Notes: generated by a model from the letters alone, not told the origin. Positions 37,301 through 51,300 are shown, counted from the whole stretch's first letter. The stretch is DNA of 62,247 nt, filler included, from Choristocarpus tenellus KU-1152 (GCA_964200185.2; 9 parts of 9 records of this genome joined end to end with filler, not necessarily neighbours in it); one strand, 5' to 3'. Translations and numbers: made by a program.

Positions 37301-40300
37301 ATCCCATACCAGGGAGCCAAAGTGGACCGATCATGAAGCTTTCAACATTCCCACCAAGGCTTTGCCGGAATCCCATGACAGAGGCTTGAAGGTCGGGATC
37401 TGAGGAGACTTCTAGATGAGGCATAGTCTTGGAGGGGGGGGATGCAATTTTGGAGATTTGGATTGGAGGGATGACGAAAGAGAGGGATGAAGGAGGGATA
37501 GATAAGGAAACATTTTGTTAGTCGTTCCTCCAAGTAGAGTATCAGTGAGGGGCATAGTCCAAGTATTTGTGTGGAGAAGAAAGGCTCCAAGCAAGGACAA
37601 CTCCAGGCAGCAACACACCTCATGCCTGACATTTCTCCAGTTTGTATTCCCAAGACTGATGGACCCCTTAGCTACTACGAAAATGTCACCCATTTCCACC
37701 ACGCGACGGACCAGCCCACAGGACATGAGTAATTGTACAGATCTGCATTGTTGATTCCGTCGCTGGTGATATGGCCAGTCACAGTCTCTCTGTTGTCTCG
37801 TGCAAATACCAGCAGGCATGGACAGAGTTGGCAGGAGTGGTCAGGAGTAGTCATGAGAGTGAAAGTATCTTAGAGGGTAGGTATAAGTTTGCCCTGTTTG
37901 TCCGTTTGGGGCTTAGCTTCCCACGAGTTTTTTTTATTACTTTTCCTACTCAGAACATTTCGGAGAAGGAAAATGTATACTTTATGAAAATGTGTGTCCG
38001 GAACAAGGATATTGACACTTCCTAACAAATGTGAGAACCAAAATTACATCAACATCGCAAAATTGGATTTTGGCCACCAGACGGATGCGTCTCTAACCCT
38101 TAAGATACTTTGACTCATGACCAGGTGTCATATTGACAAGAAGAATGAGTGAGCTGGTTTATGATACTCAATACGTTGGTATGCATCATGAATTGTGTTG
38201 GGTCAAGCCAGTGAAAGAAGTTGATGCAAGGTAGGGCCACAGAGTCCAGTGCTTAATATTGAGCGAACAAGGTCTAAGTCCTGCAGCAGATTTCAAAACT
38301 GCAAAAATTTGTGCTTCACATCTTCAAGAAAATTCGGGTTCAGGTGGCAGTGCTGAGTGTCATGAATACTCCTAGTATGTTAAATCCTCATTGAGATAGG
38401 GAGAGGTTTGAAGATAAAATATTCTGACTGAAAAAAGAGTGAGGTAGATCGCCATGTCTAGGGTGGAGCATAGTATATTAAAAGGATCCTACGCTGCTAA
38501 GCTGGTAGACTTTGACAAGCTGTGGAAAGAATTTGCACTTTTTGTTGACCAAGTCATAGCACATTTCAACACATTCCCCCCTGAATCGGATATCGAATTT
38601 TTGTTTTTGGCATAAGGATTTGAAGAAACGGTTTTCTTGGCTGGACCAACCTGTCCCTTTACATAGATATATGTAGGTTGTTTTTTTCGCAACGTTGCCT
38701 TTACCTCATGCAAAGGAGATGTAGCCCCTTTAAAAAATTGCTCCTCCTTCCCCAAGTGCCGGTGAACGCCCTTACTGGTGTTCAAGGCGTTTGAATCTTC
38801 CCGGTCACATGAAGCGACAATTTGAAGTCGACAGCCACCAGGAACAAGAAGACCTATCAGGCATTTCATGTCCCTAGGCTTACAATTCATCTCAGCGCCT
38901 GCACCGGTCAGGCATGGCTTCATTGCAGCCAAGACTTCTGCAAAGAGGTCTGAAACGAGGGGTAGGCATGCTGATGGGAACAAACTCGCAGGGAGGGAAT
39001 GATCTTCCGCAGCAAGGAAAATTAATCGATGTACATTATGACAACCCTAAAGTTCCAATATCTTCATATAACCTCACTCCTCTCCACCTGGCCTAGCTGT
39101 GGGATTTCGTGCCCCTGTTTTTTCCTACTAGACTTGATTTTTTTTTTCTCCAGTACTATCTTCACATTAGCCTGAGGGGTCTCATATCTGTCGTCAAAAT
39201 CTATCACAGATTAGAATTAGCATGGCAAAGAACAAAACAAAGAGCCTAAGCTAAGATGTGAAAAATTGTATCAAACCTCTATCAGCCGTTCACATCACCA
39301 ATAGGCACAGGGAGTGATAGATACAGTCTGTGACACAGGAGAACAACAAGCTTGAATATTTATATCCCAACTCTTTCCTCATCTCCAGACTCACCTGGGG
39401 AATATGTTGAAGGTGGGATACGAAAAATTGAGATACGGAGATGTTGACAGAGAGTTGCTTCTGCACTATGGTGTGTTGGTGCTATCTACATGCTCACCTC
39501 CTCTCTTACCTCCGCTGCCATTCTTTGCACCCTGTCCAATCTCCTGATTTTTAACACTACACCCTCTGCATATCATTTCAACCTGTTTCACACAGATATC
39601 AAGGATTTTCTCCCTTCGCCTTCTTTGGGCGATTCTAGCAGCTTCCCGCTCCACCTCACGGGCTACCTCATTTGCGAATGCAATATCTTCCTTGCTCACC
39701 TGACATGGGGAAGGGGGGAGAGTAAGTGAGAAGAAGAAGATTAAAAGTATCTGGAGGGGGGGGGGTCTACACCAGGGTGTCCATTCGGTCCCTGACCAGG
39801 AGAATGAACTTACATTGTCGATCCAACGAATGCAAGAAAATCACCCAAAAATCACGACATGGAAAACTGGGCCCCAAATGGACAGTCGCCACCCCCCCCC
39901 CCCTAGATAATTTGAGCCAGAAAGAGTAGTGGTCGGCAGTAGGAAATAACTGTGGAAAAGCGGGAGAAGTAGTTTTACACCAGGAGACAGGAAAAACAGA
40001 TACCACTGTGTATAGTGCCCTTCTTTGAGTGAGGGTGGAACTATTGGAATTCTTGATTGAGAATTAAGGGCAAGGGGTTGGCCAGGTTTTGCTTGGGAAC
40101 AGTAATTGTTAGCTATGGCCAGGAGTGTTGGACTTGAGAGGGGGGGGCAAGTGGGGACAAGAAGTTGTAGCTAGGTTCTTTATGTTCCCATAACATCAAG
40201 TCAATTCCCCAAGATAGTGGCTGTTTAAATGTATGAAATGTGAAATGAGTCCTTTGCCCAAACCTACTGCTACTGTATCTGTGCTGTACAATTTGACAAG

Positions 40301-43300
40301 CATGCATTGCATGTAACACATGCCTTGTAATTATCAGGCAGAATACCCACCTGGCCTGGCATGCAAGACACCACCAGAGCATGCTTTGTTCCCCCTTCTC
40401 TTGTTTCCACCAATGACTCAAGATTTTTGCATAGCTTGTCGTTGATTCCCTCTCCCCTCCCCCACTTCTTCTTTAACAAAGTGTGTATCACCTCCTTTTT
40501 CCTATGCTGGTGGTCCTGTTCGTATTCATGTTTCATCCAACCCTCCCTTTTACCTCCACCCCCCTCCTCTCTCCAGTCCTCTTTCTCTTCACCTATCTTT
40601 GGGTCGAAGAGGACCAAGAGGCGATCATTCACCCCCCCCCCTCCAGGCAACACTGTATGAGACCCACGCCGCTGAACAAGACTCAAAACCTGCCCAGCCA
40701 ACAACTCTGGGATTACAGCAGCTGCCCCCCCAGTAAGGCCAGCAAGCTTTGCTGCTGTACCCCCTGTTACAATGTCACCTGTTTGGCCAGGGTGGAGCAG
40801 ACGAGATTTCCATTATGTAGTGTGGACGGTGAGAGGTGGAGCTGTATAAATTGCCTTGGGTTGGTATCAGGGTCCAGCTTGGTGATATTCATTCTCCTGT
40901 ATGAGACATACTTTGAACGTGTGGAAATGTGGAGTGGGAGGTCACATAGAAAGGCGTGGCGACTTACCAGCTGACATTCTATGCTTGTCCCACTTCATCT
41001 ACCAATAACAGAGAGTTTACATTTTGTATACACACATACTGGAAGGCATCTCATCTCCAACCACTATGGACATCATCAATAACAATATTCTAGTTCTGTA
41101 TGCATGTACCTCGACACCAAATGCCTTTTGTCTGGCACCCCAGGCATTAGGCCACCCCTCTATAATCCGTGTATTCTGCTGTGTCAACTAAGGGCATGAT
41201 AAGCACCTTTTCATTGGAATATTGGCATTTCCCCCTCGTACCCACTCTTTGATATCTCTACCCCCCTATCCACTTCCTCACCTCCGAGTTTGTCATGAAG
41301 TGCCTGAACCCGTGCAAGCATTCTTGGCACAGCTATACCCTCTTTGTTTCTCCTTTTTTGTTCCTCCCCAAAGTCCTCGGCAATCTTGAATCTCTGCTCA
41401 GCAAGCTGGACAGGCCTTTTCCAATTGTGTGCTGACTCTTCTTGAATACTATACTTACCTTGAGTCTTACCCTGGTCGTTGTATCCTCGGTTTGACTCCT
41501 TAGTCTTCCTCTCAAAGTTGAGTTCCAGGGAGAGGGTCAGAGTCCCTGTCACTGCTGCTTCCTCCTTGCCATGGGTATGCTTGATGACTCCCACTATATT
41601 TTTTGCTAGTTTTCCTACAGTTTTCTGGAAACCCTCTTCTGCTTCGCTCGACCTTCCATCCGCAGTGGGGCATCCAGTCTCAACAGTATTATTTAGTGCT
41701 TCAATATCTTGGTCCTTTCCAGGTGCAATTGTTTCCTCTGAGATGTCATCACCTTTTCCAGCTCCATCAGTATCAAGCCTGTCATTTTGCGCATATCCCC
41801 TGTCTGCCTCCTTCATGGACTGCAATGGGAATACAATGGGGTGCTTCCTACCCCCTGCAGGGGGGTGCTGCAGCTGAGCAGCCCCAATCTTGACTTGACC
41901 TAAAATTTCTCTTAAAGATGGGTGGTTAAGGTGTAGCACATATATCAAATCACCAAGTAGTTGAGTGCTTTCTGGTTTAGTTTGGACTTTTTGATCATGG
42001 TGCATGAGTGAGTGAGTGAGTGCACACGCGTGTGGTTGCATGCATGTATTTGTGCTTTTGTGTTATGTGTGAACGTGACCACAGAGTCAAAGTATCTTAG
42101 AGGGTAGAGCGGCGTGCATTTGGGGGCCAAAATCTAATGTTCCAATTTTGATGTAATTTTGACTATCGCGTTAGTTAGGAAGTGTGAATATCCTTGTTCT
42201 GGACACACTGTTTCAAAACGTATACATTTAACCTACTCCGAAACATTTCCGAGTAGGAAAATGTCATAAAACACCTGTGGGAGCCAAGGCCCCAAATGGA
42301 CAAACAGGGCAAAATTCGTACCCTCTAAGATACTTTCATTCCACACTTAAGAAGGCACACAAACAACCTCCTGCACCATAGTGATACCCACTACTGATAC
42401 ATACTAGAAAGAGTAATAGTTACATTTTTGGCTAGATCAGGGCGAGCTCTGATGACTCTTGAGCGCTTTTCCCATCCAGAGTTGATGTGCCCTTTGTTCG
42501 ACATTCAGGTCCTAGCACTTTTCCTGCTTCTCCTAACCACCCCTCTCTGCAAAATACCCTTCCCAGACTCCAAATCCCATATCTCCTGCAAATGCCACCA
42601 TATGAGTGAGTCAAAGTATCTTAAAAGGTAGAGCTGTGTCCGTTTGGGGGCCAAAATCGAATGTTGCGATTTTGATGTAATTTTGGCTATCGTGTTTGTT
42701 AGGAAGTGTCAATATCCTTGTTCCGGACACATCTTTTCATATCACACATATTTTACCTGCTCCGAAACATTCGGAGTAGGAAAATATAATAAAAAATCCA
42801 TTGGCAGCCAAGCCCCAAATGGACAAACAGGGCAAACTCGTACCCTATAAAATACTTTCACTCAGTAAACAGGGTACCATTCCCTTGGGCAAATACTGTT
42901 GGGCTATGAAATAGTGGGCACTACATTGGTGATGATTGGGGTTGGGTATGGTGATAGTATCATCAACTGTTGAGAGGCACATCTGTCGTGGGGTGCAGGC
43001 AAAGAAAGGGTTCTGAGCCATCTGTTTTTCGTGGTTGGTGAACCTATGGCCATTGTGGCTTTGTTGCATTCTAACAAGTACAGTGTACTAGTTCTCACCC
43101 ATCATAACGATCAACAAGGTGGAGTGTTCTGTTTATTTGAAGACTATGTATGGCAAGGACTGATGGCACCATTTGTAGGGGTTACCAAAGAAACAATAAC
43201 TCATCCATGAAGGAGGATGGGTCGCTTTGATGGAGATAGTGTCGCTTTCTTGCAAAACCACCCCTGGAGTCTGATACTTCGACCTTGGGAGATAGTTTGA

Positions 43301-46206
43301 CTATGGTGAATACCTTGGTCAGGACTACATATAACATTACTTCCCCAGGACTATTGTCTCCCTTTCCTCCCTGAAGTCTACCTCTCTTTGCCTAGGCCTC
43401 TAGTGACATTTCATATCCGATATAACAGCTTTCTCACCCTTGTATTACTCCCCCGTAGTCCATGTCCCACACTTCCACGTGCAACTCAGCCAGGGTTATT
43501 TTTTGAGGCAGAGTAAGAACAAATACCTCCTTGTTGGGGTTCCATTCTGGGTTTACTGTCCTGTGCACAACGGATGTTTTCCCTACCTCCTGCCCATTCC
43601 ATAATAACACACACATTGGATTAGATGTACCAAGATATCCTGCCTGTGTCATGTAGCAGTGACATTGGAATAAGGGGGGGGAAGGGTACAATTCAGTGAT
43701 TTAGGAACCTCAGGTGACTCATTACGTCGTGCAATTCTGTTACTAATAAGCATCGGGACACATTCTGCAACACAGTATAGCACTCCCTCATTGACATATT
43801 TGTCAGGTGCATACTTGTTGTGGCTTCAGAGGAGTTGGGTTGTCCAGGGGTGTTTGATATTTAGTATCCTGTTTTACTGTTGTTATCCAGTCATAGATTT
43901 GCCAAATCTGTTGGGGGACCTGATGTTGCGACTGGATATTCACCTTTATTCTGACCTAGGTCAATCATCAGCTGGGATGAATAGCAGGATCTCACCATGT
44001 GATTAAATGTTCGGTTGTTACGTTCCTTAGATACACATTTTGTTCCTGATTTCTTTTGCGCGTCTATCATGGTAGAAACCGTCAACTCTCTTCTTTATCT
44101 TGTTTACTCAAATATTTTTCTAGGTTGGGCACTATTTGTGTGGCAAACTACACTGACCAAAATGTTCATCTTGTCAGGATTGGCACATCTCCATGATATG
44201 TTAAGGCAATCGGCAATGCATCTGGGGTTATGCTATTGTTACTCTTCACCTTGTGCAGGCCAGATGCTCTGTGTACCCGTACTGTTACTTGGCCTCTTCC
44301 CTGCTCCCATGCTCCTTTGTTGCTACCCCCCTGTCCCTTCCCAAGCCATATGTGAAGACAAGCATTTTCTATTGTTGGGGTTTCGGCATCCCTATCATGA
44401 CCTTGTGGGTTGCGAGGGGTTTCTTCTCTCTCCACCTCTGCCATCTCCCTGCCCCTACTGGTGGTTCCTAGCGGTTGTTTTGCTAGGAGAGGAGGCCCCC
44501 ACCTGATTTTTTTTTCCCTTCCTCCTTCCCATGTATCATTCCCCACCTCTGTCATCTGATGCAATTTACTTTGCATAGATACTGATGGTTGCGTTTGCTT
44601 GTTGAGGGGCAGGATCATGTTCCCTGGGGGATGCAGTATTTGCTTGTTTGTTAATGTAGCAGACCCTAGGCAGTCCCCACCTCGCACTAAGCCTTTATCC
44701 CAAAGTTCAAGAGTTAACGCAGTGTGGGCTGGGGTGACTACATCACCAGGCCCTGACCTCAACATTTCTTTGTCCATACTACTCCTTTCTTTGGCCTCAT
44801 ACTCCTGCAACATTGTTTGGGTGACTAGGATGATATCACTCATTGGTATGGTGAAGTGCTCCTGTGGGTTTGTCCATGTTGGATTCGTAGTATTATGGAG
44901 CACACGTGTCCTCCCAACTTCAAGGTCACCAGCCTTGATGATGCAGTAGGGATCCAAGTGACCAAACAACTCCACCTAGAGAAGACAACAAGAAATAAGT
45001 GCAAGTAAGAACAATGAGTAAAGGTATGAATAAACAAATTTACATGTGAACATCTTTGTGGATGTTGAGCATAAAGGATAATGTCTTCACTTTACTTGGG
45101 GAAATGCGGGCTAGATTTTCTAGTAGTATCCAAATCCTTGTATGGAAGAAAATCAACACATACATCCAATACATTTTGTTCGAACTAAACATACATTTGT
45201 AACCATTTGGATGATGCTCATGAGCTTAGCAGTAAGCGCCAACGGACTCATAACAAGCTCTATTTTCTTGAAATGAAATGTGTTCTTACAGTTGAACTAT
45301 AATTTCACCTTGTACAGGTGTAAAAATCGTAATATATATATTTTTTCAAGACAGCAGTGAAGACAATATGGACTCACTGCTTGTACAGTGTTGCATGTCG
45401 GTGTCATTGCTTAGAAATATTTCAACACTATTGCTGGAACACAGGCACACACTATTCTTGAGGTCACACAGTCATGACGACCATAGCAGTGGTTTCAGGA
45501 AGTACAGTGCACTTCTTTGCTTGTAGTAGAGGAGTGAGCAAAGAATACGCTCACCCATGTACTGGGTGGCAGATGGGTGTCAAGAGAGCTAACTCAGTTC
45601 AATGCCCATGTCATAATTGCATACCAAATTTCCGTCTGGCATGATTACACTAAGGAGTAGATCACATTTGTGTGCACTTGACAATTGCATAGATACAATA
45701 AAGCACATACAGACCTGTTTCTGCTGAGGATAGCAATAGAGCTGAGTGGCTATAGGAAGTGATAGGGGGAGGATTATGGAAGGAAAGAACACATCATGAA
45801 GAGGGTCAGCTCTCACATTTCCCAGGCCTGCTGCAGATTTGACCCATAGCAGAAGATTTTTTTCTTCCAGATCTTTCATTTCCTCATTTTCCATATCATT
45901 CTCTTTGATAGGGCATGGATTATCTTCCATCAAATCTTCTTCACATTCCTCCAATGCCAAACCTTTCCACCCTCCCGTTCCCCACCCTTCCAGGTCGCCA
46001 TCCTTCCACTCAATTGCCCCCACCGCATTCATTGGATGCTGTATCGATACCTCCCCTTTTTCATCACCCTTGCAAAGTTTACGGGTCTCAAATACCAAGA
46101 CCCCACCCTTTGCCAGGGAGTTGAATAGTTCATCCTTTCCTGGATTTGGCCCTAGCAACACCTGGTGGAGTCCGCCATGTAATGCTTCTTGTATAGAAAT
46201 AGTTGC
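34340..46206 (-). CDS. Large multi-exon protein with at least two C2 domains and downstream GAF-like segments (partial)
   Basis: C2 motifs are split over introns: LLLWVKSAAGLGN|VELFGHLDPYCIIKAGDLEVGRTRVLHNTTNPTW...LTLELWDK and VTVRVHRASGLHK|AGYLGTSNPMCVLLWNGQEVGKTSVVHRTVNPEW...VEVWDMD. Approximate exons: 45817-46206, 44250-44976, 43438-43644, 41210-41960, 40595-40778, 39395-39700, 38492-38990, 37618-37790, 36776-37428, 36326-36454, 35987-36048, 34340-35429. The GAF assignment is tentative. Confidence 0.8.
37857..38116. mobile_element. MITE family A (intronic)
   Basis: ATGA|GAGTGAAAGTATCTTAGAGGGTAG ... TAAGATACTTTGACTC|ATGA. Confidence 0.92.
39739..39918. mobile_element. MITE family B (intronic, complete)
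   Basis: AGAA|GATTAAAAGTATCTGG ... AGATAATTTGAGCC|AGAA. Confidence 0.9.
42084..42341. mobile_element. MITE family A (intronic)
   Basis: CACA|GAGTCAAAGTATCTTAGAGGGTAG ... CTAAGATACTTTCATTC|CACA. Confidence 0.92.
42608..42863. mobile_element. MITE family A (intronic)
   Basis: AGT|GAGTCAAAGTATCTT ... AATACTTTCACTC|AGT. Confidence 0.92.
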
Positions 46207-48074
46207 CTGATCATGGGACGAATGGCAGGGCAGAGATGAGGGAATGACAAGCAAGAATGAGAGAGGAGGAATTGGAAATGAGAGCTGGAAAATTATGGGG
46301 GAAGGGGACGTGTAATGAATAGGCAGGTAGAAAATGACAGGCAAAACCCGAGGCAATAATATACAAGTGTTGTCATGAAAAAATTGCATCAAAATACGTT
46401 GGGGTGTGATTTCAAGCAAACAACAATTCAGGAACGGGGATGGGGGGAAGGTTGCAGCAGAGATATGTAATTTAGTGGTGGCTATTGTGTGAAGGATTGA
46501 TGGCAATCGGGTGATCTGGTATTTTCTGTAGGAGTAAGATATGATGAGAAACCCCCCCAAATTGATGTGATTATTGAAAACTTTTGCAATTTTGTATGAA
46601 AAAAATTGTCTGGTGCATATTTGCATTTTAGGGAATAATAGAATGGAAGATGGGTGACCAGGAACAGATATTTGTGAACAAATCAATCACACTGGATCCT
46701 TATTGAAGATAGCAGCAATATCTTTGGGATTGTAGAAAATCCTGTGCCTGTACCTCAAAGTTTCATTTGATCAAAAGTCTAGTGCCCGTGTCACTATATC
46801 TTCTTTAGAAAACTACGGTTTTTGACATTTAAGAAAAAGAAAGTAGTGAAGTTGGTGCTGCTGCTTTTCTCATGGGATTTTTGTTCTTCATCATGGTCAC
46901 TCATCCCATCAGGATTATTGCTAGTAGTCTGGAAGAGGGAGTCGCTTACAACCCATCACCTAACATTTGTTACAAGTCACCCTATCTACAACATAGTTTG
47001 CTGTAGAAGACAGTTGTGTAGAAATTGGTGTGATTTATGTCTCATGACAAAACAATCCATCCCCCCTTCTCTCAAGGTGATGGGGACAGAGTATGTATAG
47101 AATTTAGTGCACTGCAAGTATCACCCTCTCTGGGAAGTAAAAGAATGCACACTGCTGGCTAACATTTCCTAGTCGGAGTTGGTATTTCCTGAGGTCTAGG
47201 GAAAGATGCATGTTCCTTGTCATTTCCCTGACATGGGTTATGTTTGGAAGTACTATGGGCACTGCAGCATTGGAAATTGAGACGAGAGGACTAAGAAAGA
47301 GGCTGAAATGACATTCACAAGCTCACAGGATAGTCCTACACGATGAACTTGGGACATGCAAATGGAGGATAGAAATACCTCAACAACTCATACACCTTGT
47401 GCCTTCAAGTTTAAGGAGCAAAAGGAGGACCTGGGTGAGTAAACGACCAACAAACAGCTCTGGAGGGCAATTCCAAATTGGATGGCGCCTGAAAATGACC
47501 ATATGAGGACATCCGTCGGTTCTCATGTGAAAAAAAGGAGGAAAGCCTTACTCAACAGGTGCTCAACTACTTCAAAAAATAGATATGCACCCCACTTGGA
47601 ACAAACAAGGTTGATATGAAGAAGAGATTGCATGTGGACTGACACAACAGAAAGAATGGACGCTGGGGCATGCATTATCAGAAGGTGGCAAAGAAGGGAC
47701 ACTTATGTCCTTCTGGGCAGACCCAGCTAAGAGGAGCAATAAGGAAAATAGTGATGCTCTCTGCCAGGGACCCTTCACCACTCCAATGCTGACTGTAGAA
47801 CACAGGAGAGAAGGAGCAGTGAAGCCAAATCTGGCAGGAGCACTGTTTGGTCGGAAGTTAGCTAAGCTGAGGTTTTCACTCTCAACAAGGACACAATCAT
47901 GCATCAAGCTTGGAGGACGGAACTTGCTATTTCGTGGGAGTGGCAGCCTTTTACACTTGTTGGATTCAGAACTCTTTGGCAGTGACCTGCCAGTTTGTCC
48001 ACAGGACTACAAGCAGGCGCAGAAACTCTGAGGTATTGTGAGCACTAATGATCCCACCCTTTCTGCTAATGAAT

Positions 48075-48246
48075 GACCCAAAGTATTGGGGGGGGGTCGA
48101 CACCAGGGTGTCCATCTGGGGCAAATCAGGAAAAGTGCGTTTACATTGTCAATCGGACGTATGCAACCAAATAACCCAAAAATTGCGACATGAAGAAACT
48201 GACCCCAAAAGGACAGCCGCCGCCACCTCCCCAGATTATTTGAGCC
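48075..48246. mobile_element. MITE family B (complete)
   Basis: AAT|GACCCAAAGTAT ... CAGATTATTTGAGCC|AAT. Confidence 0.88.
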
Positions 48247-48548
48247 AATAGTATTTTAGCATGCTGGAGAAGCTATGTTGGTAATGGTGAACATATTTGT
48301 GGTGATAAAGTTGTATTTTAACCTCATCGCTTTATCAACAGCTCAGGCAAAGGGTGTGGACACCATGCTCATAGCTAACCTTTATCACCATGATGGGGGT
48401 GTATGGTTCCCTCTTCGGCATGGAGAATACATCTATTGCGTTGAGTACAGCAACCCTGTCCCGAGGTCTTGGGGGCACAATGCAAACAAGGAGATTTGTG
48501 CCAATGAGCTGATATGTATTCTTCCCTCAATTTGTGGGCGGTTGCTTT

Positions 48549-48587
48549 GACCCAAAGTATCTGAGAGGGGGGGGGGGTCTAGACCAG
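48549..48587. mobile_element. MITE family B end at contig break
   Basis: GACCCAAAGTATCTGAGA + G-run + TCTAGACCAG. Confidence 0.8.
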
Positions 48588-48687
48588 NNNNNNNNNNNNN
48601 NNNNNNNNNNNNNNNNNNNNNNNNNNNNNNNTTAATTAATTAANNNNNNNNNNNNNNNNNNNNNNNNNNNNNNNNNNNNNNNNNNNN
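48588..48687. other. Artificial contig linker
   Basis: N44-TTAATTAATTAA-N44. Confidence 0.99.
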
Positions 48688-48759
48688 GCACTTTTTCTGG
48701 TTTTGGTCCGAATGGACACTCTGGTGTAGACCCCCCCCCTCCCACAGATACTTTGGGTC
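48688..48759. mobile_element. MITE family B end at contig start
   Basis: AATGGACACTCTGGTGTAGA + C-run + CAGATACTTTGGGTC. Confidence 0.85.
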
Positions 48760-50559
48760 CCATCTGGGAATTCAATAAATTCAGAGTGTACTGCTTTCAG
48801 TAGACTCGGGCTAGATCCTGGAACTATTGTAGAAGGAACCAGTTTATAGGAACATGGCGGTAACATTTGTGGTTTTTGTTCAAATTTTATTAATTGAATT
48901 CGGTAGGTAGCAAATGGCATGAAGCTACTTCTGGTGTTTTGAAATTGTGGGAATGAGGTGGAAATTACACATCACTGGTAAAAGCCGTGATAGTTTAAGG
49001 CTTCACATTAAGCATATAGTGGTAGAGAGTGTGTGTTTAAAATGCTTGTGGGTGTAGGTGGTAATATTGGGAGTAACACAGGACTTGAAAACACGGCATT
49101 TTCTTTTGGGACAGCTGCGAAGCACTTCGAGGTATTTGTTGACAAGGCATGAATAGTAAAGCAGAGAGCACAGATATTCGGTGCATTCTGTTCATGGCAG
49201 AAACTAAACAACATATGTGTGCCTTCAAGTTGCTGTGATGTTTGGGTCAATGAATCATTGAATCATTGAAGTATTTTGTGCTCACACAATTCACTATTTC
49301 CTTCAATCTCTTCATGGACTACAATGTGTCTATCGACCTCTTCGTCCACACATCCTCCTCCTGCTCTTCATCATTGAGCCAAACCAAATGCGACTAAGCC
49401 ATCTTCCCTTTCCCTGCGCAATATACTCTGTGCCATTGCTTTAAGTGCACAATGGTGTACACAAAACTGATACTCCCCCTTTCCAAAGATATATTGACAT
49501 CACAATTCAGCAAAGTCTCTATCTGCAATTATACGAAATTAGATGTTTTTTACCTTTCTCGGGATACTTAAAATACAACTCTGCCTATCTCTTACTTGGT
49601 TTCACTCTTTCTCTTTCGTATCCTCGTCAACGCTTAATTATTCTGGGGCATCATCCCTAGTCCCAGGGGGGGCAATGAAGCTGCCAACAGTCCCCACGAA
49701 TACCTTGATCATTATCCACTCATTCATGGGTTGGTGTCCATAGCCCAAACCTTTTGTACTGCGATGAAGGCAATCACTTGCCCTCCTTCCCCTTCCCCTT
49801 CCATACTGGGGTCCCCATATCACCCAGGACCGATCTGACCTCGAGCCTTGTGCAAAACATGGTTATTTGTAGTGAACGGTGACGTGGTCCTTGCCATGCG
49901 TCTAAAACAACTCAATGGACTGGGCTGAAGGCATAGATGTAGGAGTCGAAATCAATTCAAATCCCTTGGACTCTGCCAAGCTCCCAGCCCTCTCTCCTGC
50001 AGTTTCTCAGGAGCATGCCTTCAAAGTGTGGGCTGGTGGCTGCAGCTAACTCCTCACTACCAACATCATCGTCAATTGAGAGCACTAAGGAGAAAAAAAT
50101 CCGGAGGGGAATTCAAAGTCATATGTCACTCCATCTCAATAACTTGTACTCGATGTTTCGTCCCTCATCTGAGCCCATCAGCACTTTCCCGCCTTTCTTC
50201 CACTCCATGAGAACATTGCGAATCTTTGTTGCAAAGTGAGCACTACCTAGTCCTTCCTACCTAGGTAGGATGTACCTAGGTAGGGTGTTGGTGGCTGGAG
50301 ATACTAAGCATATTTTAGTCAGAAGTTATGCCAGGATGAACATTAGACACAATTCGTAGGACCTTCAATTTGATTATTCATTAATTATGGCAATAAAATC
50401 GCCTGGATCAGTTGAGAGATGGATGCCTCTAACCTAGACAAAATAAAATAAAAGACCTAAAAGTACGGTCAGACAATTCAACTGAATATATGTCCTATAT
50501 CAAGTTCATACAGGCATTTTTGAAACCGCCGTATGGGACTTCCACTCTGTAACATGCTT

Positions 50560-51300
50560 CCTAGTGTGAAACACTTCTATCTGCTTCGATGATACCAGTA
50601 TGTAACTGGACAGGGAAAGAAAACGCATTTCCCTGGTATAAAATGAACGTATCAGAGTGAAAAGGATTATTATCGTCGGGTCCTAACCTATGTACAAGCC
50701 ACACAGAAAGAGACCAAGTCCAAATAACTCCCGTCCAACTTTGCCCTTGGCGATAGATATGCCAGCATAACACAAGTTTGCACCTCACGGTACTCACTCT
50801 GCATTTAACTTCACGCTCCAAGTGAAAAGCAACTCACTCACCTCTGTACGGCCCAAAGTATCCCTGGGGCGGGGGCAGGTGTCCATTTGGGGTCCATTTT
50901 ACCATATCGCGATTTTTGGGTAACTTGCTAATATGCGGATTACACTTAATTATAGTCGTGTCAGGGTAAGTCCAGCAAAATATGCTGCCACTGCTTCGAG
51001 GATTTTGAATTTGGACTTCATTAATGAAAAGAATGGTTGGGGATTGGTTTAGGTATATGGCTGAAGTACCCATGTTCGCGTGCTTTTGCTCATGAAGTAT
51101 TGGAAATTTTGTCATTAATTAAGCTTAAATGGTGGTTTGTGCTTCGTGAGGTCAACAAAATGTCTACATCCATTGTGAAAAAGCATGACTTATGGGGTTT
51201 CGAATGTGATGAATATCGTAATTTCTTAATTGGACTTTTTAATTGAAGCGACCAAATTGTGTTGGGGTTAGTGGGTTGGGTTGACGACTGTCCATGTGGA
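50560..51300 (-). mobile_element. Decayed Ty3/gypsy RNase H region
   Basis: Minus-strand LKQWQHILLDLP (cf. LKQWRHYLLG.P) and VHFIPGK (cf. YIPGK.N); interrupted by a MITE-B half at 50850-50945. Confidence 0.5.
50850..50945. mobile_element. MITE family B, half element
   Basis: GGCCCAAAGTATCC..GTCCATTTGGGGTCC..CGCGATTTTTGGGT. Confidence 0.8.

Noticed and set aside
45589-46686. 365-aa ORF as a standalone gene
   Set aside because: Only ~45817-46206 lies between splice sites; the flanks are pyrimidine-rich intron read-through.
47100-48030. LINE C-terminal remnant on the + strand
   Set aside because: No diagnostic motif could be read with confidence.
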